Positions 53,852 through 62,784 of a stretch of DNA of 64,000 bases are shown here, piece by piece. The notes below the pieces were generated by a model. The model saw only the letters and a list, made by a program, of their open reading frames with translations. It did not search any database and was not told the origin of the DNA. The translations under genes were made by a program, and so were the position numbers. Position 1 is the first letter of the stretch; every line of letters starts with the position of its first letter. The stretch is from the IMG/VR virus record IMGVR_UViG_3300025383_000009, one strand, 5' to 3'. Origin of the DNA: a virus. Its lineage: Duplodnaviria > Caudoviricetes.

Positions 53852-54049
53852 CTACCAATGCCTCAATATACCTGCTATGATGAATATACATGTGATAAGA
53901 TTAATGACTGCTATGATAGTCCTAAATAACGCCACACTATCTGCTTCATCATCACACTCAGATGCTTTCTCACCTAATGCTTTTGCCCATAACCTCCAAA
54001 GTGTTTTATGTTTTGGTGGTTGGTCTAAAAAATCATGTTCTAAAATCAT
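53852..54049 (-). CDS. Small membrane protein
   Basis: WRLWAKALGEKA; C-terminal TM helix. Confidence 0.6.
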   Translation of the reverse strand: MILEHDFLDQPPKHKTLWRLWAKALGEKASECDDEADSVALFRTIIAVINLITCIFIIAGILRHW

Positions 54050-55332
54050 TTTATACCCCCAGACGAATCTGCTTTATCTTTGTCCTCACGGATCTCCACA
54101 AAGATTGGGAGGAATAAACTCTCATCTTCGTGTTTACTCCTAATACGAGCGTTGTACTTGATAGCCACCACCTTACCGAGGACATCTTGCTTTTTAATCT
54201 TCTTGCGATCTTCATCGTTAAATCCACTCCCTACTTTAACTTTAATAATGCCATCCTCTGATTCACAGACGAGGGCTCCTAACATACCTTCATACTTTCC
54301 TGTGCCGTCTTCAACATCGACGATCTTTAAATCACATTCTAATTCACCTTTGAACTTAATCAAAGACTTAGATCTTTTATTTTCCCAAAATGCTTTTGGA
54401 TCCTTGAGGATAATACCTTCCTCACCGATATCGTAGTACTCTTTAAACTTAGCTTGTGCTTCCTCAATGTTATTGACTATGAAGTTAGGCACTATTGATA
54501 TCTTTTCAGATGGTGGATATAACTCATCCATCCTATATTCATATTCTACAGGACATTCACCATCTATGAAGTATGCATAAGGAATATAATCCCACACCGT
54601 GGCTCTAACCATAGCTGCTTCAGCTGCTGATATCGTACCCTTTAACGCTTTGTTAAGGATACCATTTCCTGTTTGTCTGTTTAATGGAAAGCCACTATCG
54701 TCGTATACGAGTAACTCACCATCAAATACACAATCACGTCCATTTGACTTATCTATAAACTCTTGTTCAAGGTTACCTAACAAGTCGATCGTCTTACCGT
54801 TGCGAGACTTGAATTCACATTGACCATCGCGAACGACGGCATTAAACCTCATGCCGTCGAGTTTTAACTGTACGTATGCTGGCCATTTCATCTTATCAAC
54901 CAGCTTCTGTTCATATTGGGATGCTAACATACATGGATAGTCAACGACTAATCCAAGCCAAACATCATTGGCTGTAGCAGTAGATACACCGCATCGCAGG
55001 TCCTTAGCTATGATACGTTCAAGTACCATGGCATTTTTCGGAGAGAGTGAAGTAAGGACCTGTGTGAGGTGTTCTATTGCAGCATGACCAGTTACGGCCC
55101 TACTGCTTAACTCAAACAGTTGATCCATTGCTTGCATAAGGCATCCACTCCCAGTCGCCTCATACTTTGGAATCTTTCTAATGTAGAACTGTGTAAACGG
55201 ATCTAATGCTAATCGAACCACTTCGCGTAGGACTTGATTGTCCTTATGCTCTTCAAGCTTTGCGATCTTATAGTTACGCGAAGCGTTAGCAGCAAGATCC
55301 TCTAATATATCAAATACTTCCATTAAATCCAC
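54046..55332 (-). CDS. 30: ATP-dependent DNA ligase
   Basis: QLKLDGMR, FDGEL, EGIILK, KFK, C-terminal OB fold SLFLPIF. Confidence 0.94.
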   Translation of the reverse strand: MDLMEVFDILEDLAANASRNYKIAKLEEHKDNQVLREVVRLALDPFTQFYIRKIPKYEATGSGCLMQAMDQLFELSSRAVTGHAAIEHLTQVLTSLSPKNAMVLERIIAKDLRCGVSTATANDVWLGLVVDYPCMLASQYEQKLVDKMKWPAYVQLKLDGMRFNAVVRDGQCEFKSRNGKTIDLLGNLEQEFIDKSNGRDCVFDGELLVYDDSGFPLNRQTGNGILNKALKGTISAAEAAMVRATVWDYIPYAYFIDGECPVEYEYRMDELYPPSEKISIVPNFIVNNIEEAQAKFKEYYDIGEEGIILKDPKAFWENKRSKSLIKFKGELECDLKIVDVEDGTGKYEGMLGALVCESEDGIIKVKVGSGFNDEDRKKIKKQDVLGKVVAIKYNARIRSKHEDESLFLPIFVEIREDKDKADSSGGIK

Positions 55333-55544
55333 TCTTCAGGTGTAAGTTGTAAATTTTGACCAATACGTTTCATAAGTGCATCGGCTATCTCTACTTGAAC
55401 GTCATAGTCACTGATGCCTTCATCGTTGAATATTTCAGTGAGTCTTTCGTTTATCATATCTATGACATCATCAGTGAAAAAGCCTGAGTGATCGTCTACG
55501 AATTCTGTGATTACTTTTGCGTTGTTTACTTGTGTGACTGACAT
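55323..55544 (-). CDS. Early hypothetical protein
   Basis: SD GGAG; ORF tiling. Confidence 0.6.
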   Translation of the reverse strand: MSVTQVNNAKVITEFVDDHSGFFTDDVIDMINERLTEIFNDEGISDYDVQVEIADALMKRIGQNLQLTPEEWI

Positions 55545-55545
55545 G

Positions 55546-55827
55546 TTATCTCCTATAGATGTAGACATCAAGTTTAGTTGCGTTCTTGATACCGCCCACG
55601 ATGTTACCAGCCCAATCGTATGAAACTGGATTGAATGAACCGCGATGGTAATAACCAGATGGTGTAGGCATCTTAACTAGTGGTTTACGACCACGAAGCA
55701 CAACGCGTTTCTTATTAGTACGATTTTCGTTTGTGATTGCTACAGCTTGCTTGATGATGTTTAGCTTTTCCATATCAGCAACTGAATTGACATCGACTGT
55801 CATTACATAGCTTTTAGATGTTCTCAT
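55546..55827 (-). CDS. Early hypothetical protein
   Basis: ATGA-coupled; SD GGAGG. Confidence 0.65.
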   Translation of the reverse strand: MRTSKSYVMTVDVNSVADMEKLNIIKQAVAITNENRTNKKRVVLRGRKPLVKMPTPSGYYHRGSFNPVSYDWAGNIVGGIKNATKLDVYIYRR

Positions 55828-56054
55828 CTTAACACCTCCGCACAACCAGCAGGGATCCTACGATTAAGACGACGGATTTGTTCCATCGTTTCTCTTAGGA
55901 CTTTTTTGAGGTTTGAAGGTTCTTGAACTGAAGCGATGGCCTTTTCGATATCCATTGCAAAGATTACAAGTTCTGTTCTACGGTTGAACTTAGCAGCATG
56001 TTCTGCTGGGACTAAGTACTTTTCACCAAATTGACTTACTATTACTTTTTGCAT
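55824..56054 (-). CDS. Early hypothetical protein
   Basis: First gene after a strong promoter; SD AAGGAG. Confidence 0.65.
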   Translation of the reverse strand: MQKVIVSQFGEKYLVPAEHAAKFNRRTELVIFAMDIEKAIASVQEPSNLKKVLRETMEQIRRLNRRIPAGCAEVLR

Positions 56055-56082
56055 TAATCTCTCTCCTTATTAATATAGAACC

Positions 56083-56153
56083 ATTATACCAAACTGATGA
56101 ATTAATGTACATAGGCCAGCTAAAATTAAATTGTCTATATGGATCAATAACTT
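56083..56153 (-). promoter_or_regulatory. Early promoter with upstream AAGTTATTGAT element
   Basis: TGTACA-N17-TATAAT (56111-56083); AAGTTATTGAT at 56143-56153. Confidence 0.75.
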
Positions 56154-56246
56154 GCATAATATATAAGTCTTTGATTACATTGGGCTTTTATTTGGGTGTG
56201 CCCGGGAGCGCCCAGGACAGCGATTACTATAGGTTATATCGTACTA

Positions 56247-56453
56247 TTAAGCGCAGTCTGAAAGTGATTCCAGCCAGCGTTTGCTACATACTGCGTCTTT
56301 GGGACCACATGGATAGTCATTCACTGTTTCAGTCTTGACTTGTTTTGCCTCAAATACTGTGGTGATCTTTTCATCGACGACGATCACTTCGTCTTTTTGT
56401 TTGAATTCCATTGCTTTTCCTTGTGGGAGTTTATTGAGTTGGATTTTGTCCAT
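56247..56453 (-). CDS. Hypothetical protein
   Basis: Ends CGPKDAVCSKRWLESLSDCA. Confidence 0.6.
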   Translation of the reverse strand: MDKIQLNKLPQGKAMEFKQKDEVIVVDEKITTVFEAKQVKTETVNDYPCGPKDAVCSKRWLESLSDCA

Positions 56454-56583
56454 TATTATTTATCTTTTTTACGTGTTTAAAAATCTTAAGCTGCCAAGCA
56501 AATCTGCGTGGCTCTACATCAGGGTGTGCTAGTCGTTCTCCATAGAATTCATAGAGTTGACTCCATAATTCTTCTAATCCCAT
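56431..56583 (-). CDS. Hypothetical protein
   Basis: MGLEELW...LAHPDVEPRRF. Confidence 0.6.
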   Translation of the reverse strand: MGLEELWSQLYEFYGERLAHPDVEPRRFAWQLKIFKHVKKINNNGQNPTQ

Positions 56584-57206
56584 AATGCGGTATAGTATTT
56601 TCCAAAAAGGTTTAATCCATTTTGAATACGAGCCCAATGTTTATCATGAGCCTTCTTATCGAACTTCAATGTGTGCTTAGGACCCTTTTTTATTTCAACG
56701 TTACCGTTAGGTAATTTAACCCATTTTTGATCTACTTTACCTGTCCAGAATGGTGCAGCCCAATCTTCTTTACTTAACTCTGTAAATGACCATATCATCT
56801 GATCCATCACATAGTCCCAGCGTTTAAAATAATTCTTGTCCGTCTCACCATTCTTTGATTGTACTTTACGTTTATCTCTTAAGTTTGTAGGAACATCTTT
56901 GTTATCAACATGTGGTGCACCATGCTTGTCCTTCTTAAGTTGCTTAAGCATAGGCAAGATAATAGGTGTAAGAGTGCTATCCATCGACCATGTATCCCAT
57001 TTGTCTATTTTAATATACTGAATATCTCGTTCAAAGATACGTCTAATATCAAATAAGACTGAGCAGAACCAACCAAGTTTTGTGTACTTGATTATGTTTT
57101 CAACTAATGGTTCGTCATAGTCAATCTCACGCCAAAAGATTACCTTCTCAACAATTTCATATGGAGAGATCCAACTATCTTTTGGTTTATTCATATAAAT
57201 TTTCAT
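56574..57206 (-). CDS. Hypothetical protein
   Basis: IDKWDTWSMDSTL, LKKDKHGAP, GLNLFGKYY-LWD. Confidence 0.7.
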   Translation of the reverse strand: MKIYMNKPKDSWISPYEIVEKVIFWREIDYDEPLVENIIKYTKLGWFCSVLFDIRRIFERDIQYIKIDKWDTWSMDSTLTPIILPMLKQLKKDKHGAPHVDNKDVPTNLRDKRKVQSKNGETDKNYFKRWDYVMDQMIWSFTELSKEDWAAPFWTGKVDQKWVKLPNGNVEIKKGPKHTLKFDKKAHDKHWARIQNGLNLFGKYYTALWD

Positions 57207-57439
57207 AGCATGCTCCTTACCTTTTTAAATACTTCTCGTCTATCACTAAATTTAACTTTGCCCTGTATTTCAACAGGACTAAAAAATGCAGTCCAGCCAT
57301 GATCAGCATGAAATGTTCCTGTAACTTTTTTACCATTAATTGTATCAAAATAAATCCAAGGGTAATTGGCCGCAAAGGTTACATCTATACCTAATTTATT
57401 AAGTCTCGACTTAAATGTTTTTATTCGATATTCATTCAT
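57203..57439 (-). CDS. Hypothetical protein
   Basis: ATGA coupling at both ends. Confidence 0.6.
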   Translation of the reverse strand: MNEYRIKTFKSRLNKLGIDVTFAANYPWIYFDTINGKKVTGTFHADHGWTAFFSPVEIQGKVKFSDRREVFKKVRSML

Positions 57440-57630
57440 TTGCTTCTCCTAAAATAATGTCTCCACAGCGCAGACCTAATGATGCTGACCGCTGTGAATA
57501 TCAACGTGATGCCCATACTGTCCCAAATAGTTGGGTGTAATCCGAACCATGGGAATATGATTATCTGTATGAGCAGTGACAAAAGGAAACCACTACCAAC
57601 ATCTATGAAGCTTTCAATGAAGTGGTTCAT
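57436..57630 (-). CDS. Small two-TM membrane protein
   Basis: Hydrophobic hairpin with basic C-terminus. Confidence 0.6.
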   Translation of the reverse strand: MNHFIESFIDVGSGFLLSLLIQIIIFPWFGLHPTIWDSMGITLIFTAVSIIRSALWRHYFRRSK

Positions 57631-57803
57631 TTCATCTCACGTCTACATTCGATGATAACATTATATATGCCTTTGGATCCGTAATCATGCTCGATCTCAT
57701 CAGCTCTTACATTACAAGCATGTAGATCGTAACATGGCTCTCTACCTATCTCTTTCGGTGTTCCATGAACCAGCATACTTATGACTAAGATGTAGGAATA
57801 CAT
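57627..57803 (-). CDS. Small secreted protein with Cys pair
   Basis: Probable start MYSYILVISML, TAATG-coupled. Confidence 0.5.
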   Translation of the reverse strand: MYSYILVISMLVHGTPKEIGREPCYDLHACNVRADEIEHDYGSKGIYNVIIECRREMK

Positions 57804-57967
57804 TAATGCACCGTTGGAATTAATAATTCCGCAGTTAAATTCCAATCCTCGACCTTAGCTCCTCGCGGTACATCAATACCTTCAATGATTGCCTTCTTAA
57901 CAAACTCCATAAGAAGAGCGTTATAAACTTCGTCAGGTATCTCTTTAATATCTAATTTAATCTTCAC
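57803..57967 (-). CDS. 54-aa hypothetical protein (GTG start), not in ORF track
   Basis: MKIKLDIKEIPDEVYNALLMEF...; fills the gap between coupled genes. Confidence 0.55.
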   Translation of the reverse strand: MKIKLDIKEIPDEVYNALLMEFVKKAIIEGIDVPRGAKVEDWNLTAELLIPTVH

Positions 57968-58738
57968 TTATACCTCCACATATTTTAATTTAAAAGAACC
58001 GTGCTGATTTTCTCGTGGATATCCACGAGGGTTACACACAACACGGGTTATTCCAATTGTATAATCAAACTCATCATGTGTATGACCATGTACCCATAGT
58101 TTAATATTATCGCTAAGCTCCATCATGTAATCAAGCTTATTATGAAATGCGCCATTCATAAGAGTTTCATGCTTATACTTAGGATGACAACTATTTTCAG
58201 ATGGACTATGATGCGTTATCACTACACAATCTTTAGAGTTGCTCAATGCGTGTTTAATATACTCGAGACTCTTTTTGTTTTCTTTTGTGGATTGCTCAGG
58301 TGTATACTTATAATAGTTTACACCATCAAAGTACTTGACAATCCTAAAATCAGGCATTGAAAATAAAGCAGCGTTCATCGTCATAGGATCTTCATTATTC
58401 ATGTCTGTCCATAGAGTAGAGCCAATAAATGTCTTGTCTTCTAACTCAAACGTTTCATTATCTAATACATGGATGTTCTCCCATGTTGATAATGTTTCCT
58501 TTAGATCGTTTACTGTATCATTAAACATATAGTTATAATGCTCATGGTTACCCACCACATACAGCACATGTTTAAACTGCTCAGAGCAATTCTTAAAAAA
58601 ATCTAAGTATTGATATTTTTGAAGATGCTTAACTACGCATATATCACCTGCAAGGATAAGCACATCAGCGTTCTCAGTATTATTTAATGTAATAGCTTCA
58701 AACTCCAAGTGTAGATCTGATGCGATTGCTAGTTTCAT
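57968..58738 (-). CDS. Calcineurin-like metallophosphoesterase
   Basis: SDLHLE, AGD, VGNHE, THH, VHGHTH, NPRGY. Confidence 0.92.
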   Translation of the reverse strand: MKLAIASDLHLEFEAITLNNTENADVLILAGDICVVKHLQKYQYLDFFKNCSEQFKHVLYVVGNHEHYNYMFNDTVNDLKETLSTWENIHVLDNETFELEDKTFIGSTLWTDMNNEDPMTMNAALFSMPDFRIVKYFDGVNYYKYTPEQSTKENKKSLEYIKHALSNSKDCVVITHHSPSENSCHPKYKHETLMNGAFHNKLDYMMELSDNIKLWVHGHTHDEFDYTIGITRVVCNPRGYPRENQHGSFKLKYVEV

Positions 58739-58757
58739 TCTTTGCTCTTTTTACCTA

Positions 58758-58979
58758 TTATAAAATTCCAATGTTATGTAGTAGTAAGAATAGTAGCACA
58801 AAGAAACCTATAATCCACCAATTAATCTTTTCGCTTGGACTTTTGATACCTTTGAACTGAGATTGATATTCACCCCATCCGATTTCCTTAGTGCTGTGCG
58901 GGAAATGATACTGTCTTGGATCACGGTTGTAATCCCAGTACCCACCCCAATTATCTGTGCGTCTATCTTTTTCAGGCAT
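58758..58979 (-). CDS. Small protein with C-terminal TM helix
   Basis: ORF tiling. Confidence 0.55.
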   Translation of the reverse strand: MPEKDRRTDNWGGYWDYNRDPRQYHFPHSTKEIGWGEYQSQFKGIKSPSEKINWWIIGFFVLLFLLLHNIGIL

Positions 58980-59338
58980 TACCCTCTCCTCATCTTTGAA
59001 ATATCGACTGCGTCTTCTGCTTTAAAAATTGGCACTGCGTTTGATTTGTGCAACTGACCGATACCTAACATAGCATCACCAGTATACTGCATCACGGCTT
59101 TTTTACCAGTCCCACCTGCTCCAGTGTCCAGACTAGGGATATGGCTAGTGCTACGACTAGGATCCACGATAACACGAGGATGATCCAAGCTAATAATACG
59201 GGATGGTTTTTGTACCACTTTTTTAGTAGGTTTAACATCGTACTTCTCCAATAGTTTTTGCCATGAAGCCCTTTGTGCACGTTGCTTGGCGTTTGGCTTA
59301 CGAGGTTTACGTTTAGGTATGTGTGTATGAATAATCAT
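58979..59338 (-). CDS. Basic hypothetical protein
   Basis: YTGD-MLGIGQLHKSNAVPIF, DISKMRR. Confidence 0.65.
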   Translation of the reverse strand: MIIHTHIPKRKPRKPNAKQRAQRASWQKLLEKYDVKPTKKVVQKPSRIISLDHPRVIVDPSRSTSHIPSLDTGAGGTGKKAVMQYTGDAMLGIGQLHKSNAVPIFKAEDAVDISKMRRG

Positions 59339-59673
59339 TAAGCAGATTCCAATTCGTTTTGTTTTTCACGGTAATACTCGAGAAGATCATAAACACGAGT
59401 TGACTCGCTTGAATAGATAACCCAGTTACCATACTCTTGACGAGAAAAGTCGTTGACATACTCGAATCCACCATAATACTTAACACTACGATCGTCAACT
59501 TTGTTGATGATGATATAATCAAAGCCATCAGTGTAAGCGTAGCCAAAAGATCTACGGTCCATACCAAAAGCTTCGGGTTCTACTTTAGTATAGTCTGATC
59601 CATTGAGCATTATCTCAAAGTCTTGATCAAATTTATTTAATAAGTTATACATAATTAATCTCTTCGTTATCAA
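59338..59673 (-). CDS. Early hypothetical protein
   Basis: First gene after a strong promoter. Confidence 0.6.
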   Translation of the reverse strand: MITKRLIMYNLLNKFDQDFEIMLNGSDYTKVEPEAFGMDRRSFGYAYTDGFDYIIINKVDDRSVKYYGGFEYVNDFSRQEYGNWVIYSSESTRVYDLLEYYREKQNELESA

Positions 59674-59684
59674 TTTATATAACT

Positions 59685-59743
59685 ATTATACCAAATTAGC
59701 TAATTAATGTACATAATTAAATATGTATATAAATCAATAACTT
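59685..59743 (-). promoter_or_regulatory. Early promoter with upstream AAGTTATTGAT element
   Basis: TGTACA-N17-TATAAT (59713-59685); AAGTTATTGAT at 59733-59743. Confidence 0.75.
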
Positions 59744-60797
59744 ATGAAAAGAATGATTCTAGGCCTCCGGGGGCGGACTTGGGTGTGTTCCAATACGAAC
59801 CAGTCCAATATGGGTATGATGCCCGTGATAGATGGACTGACTTTGGCTTCTCCATGTATTCGAAGTCAAGCTCACCCTTAGAGTTAATCATGTTGTCTAC
59901 CCATAAGTATACCGGGAACTTGTCTTGAGACATGATCTCTTCTTTGAATATCTGACGAAGGTTGTCACGTTCCTTCTGTGTTCCGGTAAATGGTACACCT
60001 TTATAGTAACCAGTCTTTGGTAATACTCGTGACTCGTTCTCAATAGGTAATAGTTCCCACATAGTCACCTCCGCATCATACATATCTGAGATACGTTGAC
60101 ACTCTTGGATATACTTTGCTGCGAGTTCTTTAGTTGACTGAACCGGATCCGGAAACCTCATGAGATGGTGGCGGATATCGATGTTACCAAAGTAAACTTC
60201 TATTTCGTTATATTTTCCTTCTGGTATGAATGTGTCAAAGCCTTGCTTGATTGCACCATGTAGTGTCTTAAATGGTGTAGACACGTTCATCCATTCTGGT
60301 CGATACATACAAATAGCATGAGAATCCCCAATAGCAATCTTTGGATATCTCTTAGCAAGGTTAGGATCATAAGTGATAGCACGATCTTGTAGATCTTTGA
60401 GGTTGCCCCAATTTACATCATGCCATAAACGATTTATCTTCTTACCATCTTTGATTGCTTTCTCTACACGCGGATACAACATACCATAGTAATCAGGCAT
60501 ATCGATCACTAATGACCATACTGCACCTCTAAAGTTTGATAGCGCGATGATGTACTCGATGTTCGAATAGTTCTCCAACCCACCGAATAAGTTGAGTGAT
60601 CCACCCCAGTCGTTACCATGATAGAGAGCAACCGTATCATATGCATTGTAATCATGTATCTGGTTACCTGTCATGTGTACAGTTACATCCATACCTGCAG
60701 TCATTAGTTGATCTGCATAGATGATACCTTGCGCAGCTTTGTGTGAATGGATCTTGTTAGAAACCGGCGAGAGTGGCTGTGTTAGTAGTAACTTCAT
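59742..60797 (-). CDS. Putative fusion: beta-glucosyltransferase-like N-domain + SGNH/GDSL-like C-domain
   Basis: N-terminal YD-V...LNLFGG...LVID resembles T4 BGT (DYDRLIV...INFFGG...LFTD); C-terminal IAIGDSHA, YFGNIDIRHH. Confidence 0.5.
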   Translation of the reverse strand: MKLLLTQPLSPVSNKIHSHKAAQGIIYADQLMTAGMDVTVHMTGNQIHDYNAYDTVALYHGNDWGGSLNLFGGLENYSNIEYIIALSNFRGAVWSLVIDMPDYYGMLYPRVEKAIKDGKKINRLWHDVNWGNLKDLQDRAITYDPNLAKRYPKIAIGDSHAICMYRPEWMNVSTPFKTLHGAIKQGFDTFIPEGKYNEIEVYFGNIDIRHHLMRFPDPVQSTKELAAKYIQECQRISDMYDAEVTMWELLPIENESRVLPKTGYYKGVPFTGTQKERDNLRQIFKEEIMSQDKFPVYLWVDNMINSKGELDFEYMEKPKSVHLSRASYPYWTGSYWNTPKSAPGGLESFFS

Positions 60798-61656
60798 CTT
60801 TTTTCCATTTTCTATATGAATTTGTTGTGTCAATAATACTATGATCTTTTAATATTGGGTCTGTGCCAACGTTCCACATCAATATATCTCTACCCGTATT
60901 TTTAGGTATGTACTTCCAAACCTTTGCATCGTATGTACGTACTGTTGGGAATGGTGGTAAGTTCTCGTATTTTTCTGGTGTTGCAAACTCTGCAGGTTCT
61001 GATATAAACTCTGCGCGACCTAACTCACCTTCTTGTAAGTTACGGGCTACTGCAACTGAATGGAACTTGGCATTTGGCCATGCTATCTGTAATGCTCGTG
61101 ATAGTACACCAGTACTTATAGCTACATAAACTTCTTCAGGTTCTTTGATCTTACTTGCAGCGTATACGATACCTGCTGTTGCTAGTTCATGCTTCAAACC
61201 AAGTGGGATGAATGCATAACCGTTTTCTTCCGCGTATTTTTTAGCAGCGAGGTTTAGGTTAGGCATCGCTGCTATCCGTTCAAAGTGTACCTCTGCTCCA
61301 CGTTCAATACAACATGCCTGATGATGTGATATCTGCTTGGATGATGGCATGAATAGTACAATCTTTTTACCATGTATCTTTGCTACATCACATAGAGACA
61401 CACCAGCAAGCCCGACTCTTGGCTGTACATAAACTAATGTATCGTTTGGGATCTTGGCTGCAAGCAGATCACCAGCTCTTGTCTTTGTACCAACGATGAG
61501 ATCATCTCGAACAACTCGTACACCTTCATGCATCACTGTAACAGGATCCGGATTGTACGGTGTCCATCCTTCACATAGAGATAGGTAATACTCTTTGGCT
61601 TGTGGCCATGTCATCATACCTACTTCTTTGTTTATACCCTCAACGAACGTTCTCAT
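60757..61656 (-). CDS. PLP-dependent (fold type II, PALP) enzyme
   Basis: VRDDL-GTK (Schiff-base Lys), VAISTGVL, YDAKVW, LMWNV. Confidence 0.75.
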   Translation of the reverse strand: MRTFVEGINKEVGMMTWPQAKEYYLSLCEGWTPYNPDPVTVMHEGVRVVRDDLIVGTKTRAGDLLAAKIPNDTLVYVQPRVGLAGVSLCDVAKIHGKKIVLFMPSSKQISHHQACCIERGAEVHFERIAAMPNLNLAAKKYAEENGYAFIPLGLKHELATAGIVYAASKIKEPEEVYVAISTGVLSRALQIAWPNAKFHSVAVARNLQEGELGRAEFISEPAEFATPEKYENLPPFPTVRTYDAKVWKYIPKNTGRDILMWNVGTDPILKDHSIIDTTNSYRKWKKDEVTTNTATLAGF

Positions 61657-61763
61657 ACTTTCCTCAATTTACAATTATCAAAATGCCATCTTTTCATAGC
61701 AGGTAAACTACCATTTAAACCACAATGGGGGCATACTATGGTTTGTTGAGCTCCTGTAGGCAT
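61653..61763 (-). pseudogene. 36-aa CPHC...RWHFDNC zinc-finger mini-ORF (homing endonuclease C-terminal remnant)
   Basis: MPTGAQQTIVCPHCGLNGSLPAMKRWHFDNCKLRKV, ATGA-coupled to the PLP gene. Confidence 0.55.
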
Positions 61764-61767
61764 CCAT

Positions 61768-62784
61768 TCATGCTGGGAAGACTTTTTTTCCGTCTGGTCG
61801 TTTGGCCAAATCAAAACTATTAGGAAATATCCAATTATATGGTATACGCTTGGTAGGAGATTTTACTCCATGATTGATAGCAATGTGTTTCCAAAATAGA
61901 CATGACTTGTCTTCTATGTTCAACCATTTTTGCTCTCTCATAGGATTGCGAGGATCATTTACTAATATATTCATTTGCTCAAGCCACATGTGTGCATGCT
62001 TGTTCTTAGGTACGAACTGACCATCTGGATCTATCTCATATTGTACCTTACCATTGAGGTTTACACCAAAGATCTGATGCATGCCATCAAAGTGTCCTGT
62101 ACCACCAAACAATACTGACTCAGGATCTACGATATCAGGATATGCCATAGCCATGTATCGTGCAGTGTTCTTGCATGGATACAGTGGACTTCTAAAGTTT
62201 TGTTTCTCTTTGAAATACTTCTCAAGTAGTTTAGCATACTCCATCATGGTGAATGGTCGTCCTAACCTATTACGATGTTTATCTAAAAACTCCCACATCT
62301 CCTCAGCTGCCTTCTTAGGACCATCGATCAGCCAATCTTTAACTAACGTGTTCTTAGGATAGTAGATTTGGAATAGATCATTACGTGCATGTCGGTGTTC
62401 TTTAAAGTGTTCTCTTAGATTCTCTGGACCTTGATACATCAACCGTGTTAGTGTACCCCAATGTTCGTTACTAAATGAGAACGTTAGTGTATACCACAAT
62501 CTTAACTTAGGATCTGTGACCTTCTTCATGATATCACAGAACGGATGTTCATGCCAATGGAGTCTATGCGAAAAGATCTGGTAATCTTCTGCTAACAACT
62601 GATCTCGACGTAGATCAAACTCTTGGCAAAACTCAAAAAACTTATCAAGACGTTTTTCAAGTGGCCAATCTTTCATCCATGATTCAGTAGGTTTGCCATC
62701 TTTTAATACTACAGGACTTGTACCCTTATAGGTAATATTCTTATACTCGATACCAGATATGAATTGAGCTAGAGTGTTTTGCAT
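61768..62784 (-). CDS. Amino acid/amine:DNA transferase-like protein (aGPT-Pplase1-like), paralog B
   Basis: D-LL---Y-F-HR, LTFSFSN, AMAYPDIVDPES-LFGGTG, NIEDKSCLFWKH. Confidence 0.55.
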   Translation of the reverse strand: MQNTLAQFISGIEYKNITYKGTSPVVLKDGKPTESWMKDWPLEKRLDKFFEFCQEFDLRRDQLLAEDYQIFSHRLHWHEHPFCDIMKKVTDPKLRLWYTLTFSFSNEHWGTLTRLMYQGPENLREHFKEHRHARNDLFQIYYPKNTLVKDWLIDGPKKAAEEMWEFLDKHRNRLGRPFTMMEYAKLLEKYFKEKQNFRSPLYPCKNTARYMAMAYPDIVDPESVLFGGTGHFDGMHQIFGVNLNGKVQYEIDPDGQFVPKNKHAHMWLEQMNILVNDPRNPMREQKWLNIEDKSCLFWKHIAINHGVKSPTKRIPYNWIFPNSFDLAKRPDGKKVFPA

